DNA of 64,000 bases from assembly GCF_006345805.1 (NCBI RefSeq), contig NC_043002.1:55800001-55864000 (forward strand). Direction: 5' to 3'. The number at the start of each line of letters is the position of its first letter. The first letter of the stretch is position 1. Below the pieces are notes generated by a model, which ran no database searches, was not told the origin of the DNA, and saw nothing but the letters and a program-made list of their open reading frames with translations. This document shows, in pieces, positions 12,401-22,576 of the stretch. The stretch is from Octopus sinensis (Eukaryota). The position numbers and the translations under genes are program-made.

Positions 12401-15400
12401 AAATGACTGAAACAAGTAAAAGAATAAAATAAAAAGTGATCACCGATCTCAGAATTTGTTATTCAATCCTACAGAGACAGGATTTAGGTTGACAATGACG
12501 AAATCAGGAGTAACGAGAGAGACAACAGCATCATCAGGACTGAAGATAACAAAAATGAGGCTGACATCAATGAGGTTGACATTGATAATGTCAAGTTTGA
12601 AGGGAAAAACACCATATTTTACAAAATACTATTCAAGTTTATTTCATTCTGACATTGAGCACACCATTTCTTCAGACTCTGTGCACCACCACATTCAACC
12701 TGTTCAAGTATGTAAGCATGGTTGGATTTAGAAATCTTTGTATAATTCATCCATACACATTCTTCTCTACTCTAAGCACAAGGCCTGAAATTTTGGGGAG
12801 GGGGGTTCCAGTCGATTAGATCGCCCTCATCAGTATGTAACTGGTACTTAATTTATCAACCCCAAAAGGATGAAAGGTAAAGTTGATTTTGCCAGAATTT
12901 GAACTCAAAATATAAAGACAAACGAAATACCGCTAAGCAGTTCGCCCGGCATGCTTACGTTTCTACCAGCTTGTCTCGTATACATTGAGTTGATTTTACT
13001 GCTCCCTGGTGGCACTTGTAGAAAGGTGGTATAATATATTTCCTGTGCTAGGGTAGAGAACTCTTTCATGTTTTCCTTGTCTCATCTACAAACAAACATT
13101 CATATCCCAATCCCAGCCTAATTACCAATTAATTTAATGAATCTAATTTACTTTTGTTTTTTCCCTTCAGTATCTATCAGTGCCAGAACCTAAAGTTTTA
13201 GCCATTATTGGTTCAGGTGTGCAGGCTAGATCCCACTTTGCGGCTTTAACAACATCCTTCACATTTTCTCAGGTAAAGTATTTGTTTCTGTTCCTCATCA
13301 GTGTGGTAGTGGCGGTGGTGTTGGTGTCAGTGTTGGTGATGGAGGTGGCAGTGGCACAGAAATGGTTGACAAAATGTTTTGTGATATTTACTAATGTTGT
13401 AATTCAAATCTTGTCTGTGGAGGCATGTGGCTTAGTGGTTAGGATGTTGGACTCATGATTGTAAGATTGTGGTTTCAATTCCTGGACCGGGCAATGCATT
13501 GTGTTCTTGAGCAAGACACCTCATTTCACGTTGCTCCAGTCCACTCAGGTAGCAAAAATGAGTAACACTGCAACGGACCAGCGTCCCATCCAAGAGGTGA
13601 ATTTATCTGCCACTGAAACCGGGAAACTGGCCTTTATGAGTTGGTGTGAATTGAGAAGGTAACCTTACCTTAAATCCTGCTCTGATTAATTTCGCTGTTA
13701 ATCCCAGCAAATAAGGACTTTTTGTGGCCCTGAGATTGGTTCAGTTGACTGTTCCTATAACTTTATAGCATTGTGTCAAGTGAATTTGTTTTTGATACTG
13801 GTTCATGGCCTAGTGGTTTGGATGTTGCTCTCACACTCATAAGCTCCTGTGCTGGTGCCATGTGAAAAGCACCCAGTACACACTCTGTAGAGTGGTTCGC
13901 ATTAGAAAGGGCATCCAGCTATAGAAAGCATGCCAAAACAGACTATGGAATTTGAAGTGGATCCTGACCTTACCAGCTCCAGCCAAACTGTCCAACCCAT
14001 GCCAGCATGGAAAATAGATGTTTAATGATTCCTAGTGTTCTTGAGCAAAATGCTTCATTTCACATTGCTCCAGTCCACACAGTTGTAAATGAGTTCCAGC
14101 AACAGTTGGGAAGTTAACCCTGCAAAGGACTGGCATCCCATTCAGGAGGAGTGTTGTAATGTCAGTCACTTATACACCATGCAAACCAGATTAAGCTCCG
14201 GCCTCACAAGGCCTAGGACTTGTAACAGAACTCGGTCCACTGGTTTTAGTCATTGGACTGCATCCTTTTTGGGGTACTGCCTTCAAAAATCCAACTGATC
14301 ATGTCATGTCCTCCCCATCTATTTCTAAGTGTCTCTCATACTTCTTGTAGTGATCCCTCTTTGTTAAATGTAAACCCCTACACTGTCTCCAACTTCACTG
14401 TTTTAGATACCATAAAAGTTACTATGGAAGAATTATCCAATTTCATTTTCTGACATTCTTGTGTTCTAGGTAAATGTTTGGAGTAGAAATAAGGCAAACG
14501 CCAGAATGTTTGGTGATGACACTGGAGCGAAAGTGTGTGGCACCATAGAAGAAGCTGTCAAAGATGCTGACGTTATTGTTACTGCCACAGGAAGCAAACA
14601 ACCTCTTTTAATGAAAGACTGGGTCAAAGCTGGTACTCACATTAATGGTTCGTATAAATAGAGATGCTTAGAAGGAAAATGTGTGTGTGTGTGTGTTTAT
14701 ACACTCACTCGGCCCTGCACTAAACGTTCCCCATCAAAGCTTCCCCCACCCCACCCTACTCTTATCTTCCTAACACTCATCACCTGCTGTAATCATACAA
14801 GAACAGAATCTGCACAGAATCCATACCGTTCCCCCCCGCCCCTCCTTGTGCTACCAGTTATGTCTTCTCACTAAAACTGCTTCTCTTTCTCAACCATCCC
14901 TTCTCATTCTCAATATCATCCTTTCCCATTCCATTTCTCTTTCTCTCCTCTGAGTGACATTTTTGGACTGTCATACCCCATCATCTCTTACCTGCTATCA
15001 TTCTCAACATCCTCTCATATGTTGATGACCTCCCCAATCTTTGTTCTTCACTCACCATAGCCACCCTTACATTCCTCTAACAACCATCTTTCTCACTGTA
15101 CATCTCTCTCTCTCTCTCTCTCTCTCCCAAGACCCCTCTTTCTATCTCTTTCTATCTCACCCTACACCTCATTCCCATAATTCCTGATCTATGCTGAAAC
15201 TGCAATTACTCCGTCTTTTTCAAACAATCGTTTGAAGAATATGATATCCAACGTGTCCTTTTGATACCAATCCATCTAATTCCCATTTTAAGGTTATCTA
15301 AATTATAATCTTCCATCAAAATTCCATGTCAACTTCTGTTCTAAATTCCACCCAAAGTTATTCATTATTTTCTAAATTAATTGAAACAAAGATTGTGTCT

Positions 15401-18400
15401 TTCATCAGAAATATGCTGTCTTTGTAAATGCACGACTATACCTTTCCTGGTCTTCATGACGTTACTTGTCTGCTTTTCAAGCAGGGTAGGCTCTTTCTAC
15501 TGCACCCGGTTTCACTGTGTTTCCACTTCAGCCATAATAACTGTGTTACTTGAGAACAGTGACAAAATAGTCAGCGTTGTTCAAAGAAGGTGACCACACA
15601 TCACCAATTATAATGCAGTCAAACTCACAGATTGATGGAGTACACCTTTTTGATCTCCATGTGTCCAACACACATGGACATGCCTACAAAGTCAGAAAAC
15701 AGCTTAGCTCCCTTGACTTTCGGAAACATTTTTTCACGCTCAGAGTTGCTGAAGCATGGAACAAACTGCCTGCGTCAGTTGTTGACTGCCATGACACTGC
15801 ATCCTTTAAGGCCCTCATGCTTTCCAAAATCCACCGAAACTACACCTGATTGTCCCCCTTCCATACTCATACACATATGTGTATGTCATGACTCATGCAC
15901 TGTTCTTTTCCTGACGCTTATACATTACCCTATGTACTATACATACACTTTAGATGAGTTGTAGTGCACCTGAGCACTGTACACAATGTTTTATTATTAT
16001 TATTATATTACTGCATCAAAAAGAGACTCTTTAAATTCTGGAATTCTCATAACTTTATTCAATCCTCACAATTTGGATTGATCCCCAACTCCACCTACAA
16101 TAATTGCCAACTCATTAAATTTATTGAAGATATTACCTAAACTGCAGGCAGCAGTTCATGGGTGGATTTTATCTATCTCAACTTCACCAAAGCTTTTAAT
16201 TCTGTACCACATGAACAACGTATGTTGAAGCTCTCTGCAATGGATGTGTAGCATAGATTCTGTAGATGTGAAGACTAATCTTTATAACTGTTTGAAGTCT
16301 TTCATTCTCTGTAGAAAAGCAGTTGTCAAAATACTAGGACAACATTCTGCATCTTATGTGATGACATCTGGTGTCCTACAGGGATCTCTTCTGGGTCCCA
16401 TGTTGTGTGTTTCATATATTAATGAAATAGATGTTAACTTGAATATGCAGGTGACATTAAGTGATACTTTGATATAAGTGATACTTTGATATAAAAAGAA
16501 TGGATCTAATTAGCTTTAGATCTTTCTTGCAATCTGGCAACAAAAGCTGACCAAAGACATTTTTGATGGAAAAATCTGGAATTAACTTACTCCTTCAACA
16601 ACACCAATGTTAAGAAGTCTACTAGGGAATGTGACCTCAGCATCATTGTCAGCATTGGATAAACAACATTTCTAAAGGTGTCTGTTTTAATATCACTCAA
16701 TAAGATCTTTATCAGTGGCTCATGGGTGGATGTTGTCTACCTTGACTTTGCTAAGGCTTTCAACTCTGTGCCACACAAAAGGCTTATGGTGAAACTCTCT
16801 GCAATGGGTGTGGGGGATGACCTTTTTAACTGGTTGAAATCCTTCATCCTCAGCCGAAAGGAGGTAGTCACAGTTCTAGGACAGCACTCTACACCATATG
16901 AGATGTCATCGGGTGTACCACAGGGATCTGTCCTTGGTCCCCTCCTGTTTGTGGCATACATTAATGACATAGATGCCAATTTAAAGAATGCCACAGTATT
17001 GAAATATGCAGACGACATCAAGCTGTACCTTGAAATCAAGAGGACTGATCCTGATGTCTACAACTCTTTCCTGCAATCAGACCTAGACACAATGCAGCAA
17101 TGGATCACAGACTGGCAACTGAAACTGGCTGTGGACAAGTGTACCACCATGCATTTTGGGAGAAAAAACCCTGCGTCCACATACTCCCTCCACAACACTG
17201 ATATCAAGAAATCCTCTTGCAAGCGTGACCTAGGCATCACTGTCAGCAGTGATTTGCGTTGGACAAAGCATATCTCTAAAATTGTCAAGAAGGCCGAGGG
17301 TGTCTTGGCATCACTCAGCAAGACTTTTGTTAGCCGCTCTCCAGCCATCTATTTAAAACTGTATACAGCTATGGTACGACCACACTTGGAATTCGCATCA
17401 TCAGTTTGGAATCCCTATCTTGCTCAGAACATTGACCTCCTGGAATCTGTCCAGAGACGTGCAACCAAACGCATACCCTCCATCAGACACCTACCATATT
17501 CTGAGCGCCTTGTTTCCCTGGGCATGGATTCACTGAAGCTCCGGCGTCTAGCGACGGACTTGGTAAACACCCACAAGGTTATCAACCACCTCACCAACAA
17601 CAACACTGAACACCTTTTTGATCTCCATGTGTCTAACACACGTGGACATGCCTACAAAGTCAGAAAACAGCACAGCTCCCATGACTTTCGGAAACATTTT
17701 TTCACGCTCAGGGTTGCTGAAGCGTGGAATAAACTGCCTGCATCAGTTGTTGACTGCAATGACACTGCATCCTTTAAGGCCCTCATGCTTCCCGAAATCC
17801 GTCGAAACTACACCTGATTATATATACACTTTAGATGAGTTGTAGTGCACCTGAGCACTGTACACAATTATTATTATTATTTATCAGCCATTCACCAGCC
17901 AAGTAGTTAAAGCTATATATGGCTATAGTATGTCTGCTCTTAAAGTTTGCAACTCCAGTCTGAATCCCCATCTTGTCCCGAATATCAATCTGCTGGAAGT
18001 TGTCCAGAGACATGCTACCAGACAAACACTTTCCATATATTAAATGTCTTGCTTTTTTGGGCACTGATATGCTGAAGTTTCAATATTTAGCAAATGACTT
18101 GGTAAAATGCCACAAAATTATCTACCATCTTCCCAACAACAGTTTTGGCCACCTTTTCCAATTCAATATCTTTACCAAACATAGAGACATGTTTATAAAA
18201 TCAAAAAACAGCACCACATCTAGGACTTTCAGAAACATTTTTATCACTCTCAGAATTATCAAAGCTTAGAATAAACCACCTGTGTTGGTTATGAACTGTC
18301 AGGAGACTGCATTCCTTCCAAACTTCCATGCTTCTTAAAATTCACGATGTACATACGTACTCTTTCCTCTTTAGGACTCTTTTAGTGATTACTTTTCTGT

Positions 18401-21400
18401 CTTTTATTCTGTCTACTATGAGGTATTTGCTTCTAACTTATGCAATAATCTCATTATTATAATTTTTATTAAATAAAGTAAGAAAAGGGTTAAAACTGTG
18501 TGGTGTGATTTGAGGAATATGTGACTGCTATTTCCAACAAACTGAATGACTGCATTGAGTTTTCCTCATTGTCCAGATAAACTGTTGTGTGCATTTGTGT
18601 GATACTTGCTTTAATAAATTTCATTCTAGCTCTGTGTGTGTGTGTATATACATTTTTTCAAAGAAAATATTTAACTCTTGTGTTATAGTCAGCCAAAGGG
18701 CCTGAGTATGTAACACTTATGCATTGACAAACCTTTGCTTTAAGCACTTTTTAGACTGATCAACAAGTATAGGTGAATGTGGATAAATGACTGATTGAAT
18801 GAACGTGGACGATATATCTGCCATTACTAAACTGTGAAGAATTGACAAAGGGAGACATTAAGGAGTGATGCCCCTAAAGTGAGGGACTTGAAATAAGGCT
18901 CGTTTTGCATGGACAGTGGATGTGAATGGATGCATGAGAAACCCATCCACTGGCCTGAAAGAGGGGTACAGAGAGTGTCACAGTGTTGACCAAGTTCTAT
19001 TTGGAATTTAAGGAGTTCCTTTTTCAGGAGTCGTTTGCCAAGTCAAGGTAAGTCCTCTTTTCTACCTTCCTTTCACACCACAAAATCCTTTGTTTTTAAT
19101 CTTGTTAAGATGGATATGTGATTGTGTGTGTGTGTGTGTATATATATATATGTACGTATATATATGTGTGTATATATATATATGTACGTAAAAAGCACTA
19201 TCCGACTCGTGGCCGATGCCAGCACCGCCTCGACTGGCTTCCGTGCCGGTGGCACATAAAATACACCAATCTGACCGTGGCCGTTGCCAGCCCCGCCTGG
19301 CACCTGTGCAGGTGGCACGTAAAAAGCACCCACTACACTCACGGAGTGGTTGGCGTTAGGAAGGGCATCCAGCTGTAGAAACATTGCCAGATTAGACTGG
19401 AGCCTGGTGCAACCTTCTGGCTTCCCAGAACCCCGGTCGAACCGTCCAACCCATGCTAGCATGGAGAACGGACGTTAAACGATGATGATGATGATGATGA
19501 TATATATATATATATATATGTATATGTATGTATGTGAGACATTCTGCTGGTGTTTGAACTGTTACATAAATCTCGTTGCAGCTGTCGGAGCCCCATTAGG
19601 TGAATGTCAAGAAGTAGACTCTGAGTTGACCAGGTCTTCAATAGTTTATGTCGAAGATTACGAAATGGCCCATAAATACAGCGGTGAGCTTGGTGCTTCA
19701 AAGGTAAAGATTGGCTTACATGTTTTGTAGTTAAATTTTTTTGTTCAGTTGTTGTTGTTAATTGTTTAACCCCAGGTCAACCTGATGATCAAAGTATTTC
19801 TAACCATGACTGGTCAAGCATAGAATATATAGGAAATTTAATGTGTCCTTCTGTATTGAAAACATTAGAGTGATTTGGCTGGTATTTCTAACAGATGGAT
19901 TGAGGCCATGGTTCATACCCTGCAAATGGGTTTTGCCAATATACTTAGCTTTCTTTGATTCAATCTATCAGTCTATAAATTGGTGCAATGGGTAGGTATA
20001 GTTTGCTGTTGCAAGTAACTGGTTGTTTCATTGACATGGAACAAATCCTCTCATAGACATCAATGAGGGAATAAAAAACTATTGAAAAACAGAAAGGACC
20101 AATATTCATTCCTTCTTAGTCCTGTTGTGATAAATTAGATCAGTTGTTAGATCCAGTTCTATATTTAAGAGATGAAGAATTATGTACATTATTTACATTA
20201 GATGGATATTTGTCCTCATCTTGTTTGTTGTTAACATGTTTTAGCTGATAAACCCTCCAGCCTTCATCAGGTGTCTTGGGGAAATTTCGAACTCAGGCAT
20301 ATGGCGTAACGGTTAAGAGCACTGGCTACTAACCCCAAGATTCCGAGTTCGATTCCAGGCAGTGAACTGAATAATAATAATAACATCAAAAAAATACCTT
20401 AAGAATGAGAACCCAGGTTCGAAATTTCCCCAAGACACCTGATGAAGGCTGGAGGGTATATCATTGTGTTAACAACAAACAAAATGAGGACAAATATCTG
20501 TCAAATGTAAATAGTTGTTAGATCCTTTTATGATTTCAGGGATATATTATAGATATACCACTTAACATCATAAATATACCTCTTGATATCATAGATATAA
20601 CCCTAACCCTAATTGTTTATGATTCCAAGGTGACATCTATGGGTGCAAGTGGGAGGAAAATGTTGATTGTAGGGAAGTGAAGTAACCACAACAAGGTTGC
20701 AGGATTGGGTGACTGAGAATTAACCTCATCCATGCCACAGTATTGAGACAAAATGGTTATTTGACCTGATTTGTGAGCAGAGGTAACCATCAGTGGGTGA
20801 CCAGCTCTTCTGACTCAAACTGGCAAGGGAGGGAGGGGGCACAACTGAGTTGATGTTGAAACATGACCTATTTTAGAGACAATAAAATATTTGCAGTGAA
20901 TTTGAACTCAGAAAAGGTGTAGGCATAACTGTCCAATTAAGGGGTTTGCTTCTCAACCACACTGTTTCAGATTCACATTATCCCCTCCTCAGGCTGATCA
21001 ATGTGAATTTGGTAGAGAGAAACTGAACGAAGCCTGTATGTTTGTGTCCTTGTCTTGAGATGGCACAATAGTTGTGAAGAAACATCACCATTATTACAAG
21101 TGGTTTTGAGGCAGCAAACTGGCAGAACCATTAGTACACCAGGCAAAATGGTTAGCAGCATTTTGTCTGCCTTTACATTCTGAGTTCAAATTCTACTGGG
21201 ATCGACTTTGCCTTTCATCTTTTTGGGGTTGATAAAACAAGTACCAGTTAAGCACTGGGGCCAAAGTAATCAGCCTACTTTCCAACAAAATTGCTAGCAT
21301 TGTGCCAAAATTTAAAACCGTTATTACATGTGGCTTCATTCGTTTGCAATCTTCTGTAAGAACTGTTGCAGATTGGCAATATAAATGATATCAGGCTGTT

Positions 21401-22539
21401 GAAAATCTGCCTCTGAAAATTTCCTGTGACCCATTCAAGCATTATATGGATGATGTTGATGGATTTGTTAGTTCCTTGTCTTGCCTGTTCAGCTACTTGC
21501 TCAGGAGGTTTTGATTGAAGATCTCAAATAAACAGCATCTTATTTGTTCGGTTCAAATCAGAAATTTGGTTTCTGTTTGTAAAGGGTTCACTAACTGCAC
21601 AGATGTTCCTCGTTAACTGGGGTTTCATAAATAAATACCCTTCCAATTTGAATTTACTTGTAGGCTTCAAAATCAGGGGGCAGACTCCAACCATGATATA
21701 TAAAAGTTTTGACACTATTAGATGCTTCATGAGCATAGGTTCAGGAACAGTGGGTGCAAGTGTACCCACTAAAATTTTTGTGGGGTAATGAAAACGCTTT
21801 CAACATCCTAAAAAGCTGGGTTTGCATTCCCTAAGCAAATTTCAGTTATGTCTACACCTTTTCTGAGTTCAAATTCACTACAAATATTTCATTGTCTCAG
21901 TTCACTAAGATATGAAAAATTCTCCCCCCACCTCCCTTGCCAGTTTGAGTCACCCACTGATAGATACCTCTGTTCACAAATCAGGTCAACTATTTTGTCT
22001 CAATACTGTGGCATGGATGAGGCTAATTCTCAGTCACCCAATCCTGCAACCTTGACACAATACCTTGTGGTTACTTCACTTCCCTACTTAGGAAAGGTAC
22101 AAACAAAACAATCAACATTTTCTTTTCACTTGTACCCATAGATGTCACCTTGGAATTATAAACAATTAGGATTAGGGTCATATCAATGATATCAAGAGAT
22201 ATATTTATGATATATCCCTGAAATCATAAGAGGATCTAATAACTGACCTAATTTATCAAAACAGGACTTGGAAGGAAGGAATATTGGTCCTTTCTGTTTT
22301 TCAATAGTTTATCATTCCCTAATTGATGTCTATCAGAAGATTCCAACACTTATGCTCATGGCAGGGGCCTCAGAAATGGCATAGCCCCAAAGGGTTTCTC
22401 CTTATCTAAATCCACCTGCCTACAATCATAAACCACTAGCTGAGTGGAGTGAGGTGCACAGATAGCAGAACTGGATCTACAAGGTTGTCAACCTCTCAAC
22501 CATGTCAGTGATATTTCAGCATAGTTGCTCTCTCTCTCA

Positions 22540-22576
<37 letters not shown>

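Noticed and set aside
16678-17817. 379-aa ORF as a host or domesticated gene
   Set aside because: GTG start derived from an older LINE copy; 5'-truncated RT with TSD and tail; near-identical dispersed copies exist.
20293-20370. tRNA gene (also the heads at 13416, 36512, 61522)
   Set aside because: A and B boxes are present but acceptor and anticodon stems do not pair properly, and each continues into a repeat body; these are SINE heads.
20599-20612. Telomere-like aaccctaaccctaa
   Set aside because: Only two units, internal to a repeat arm.
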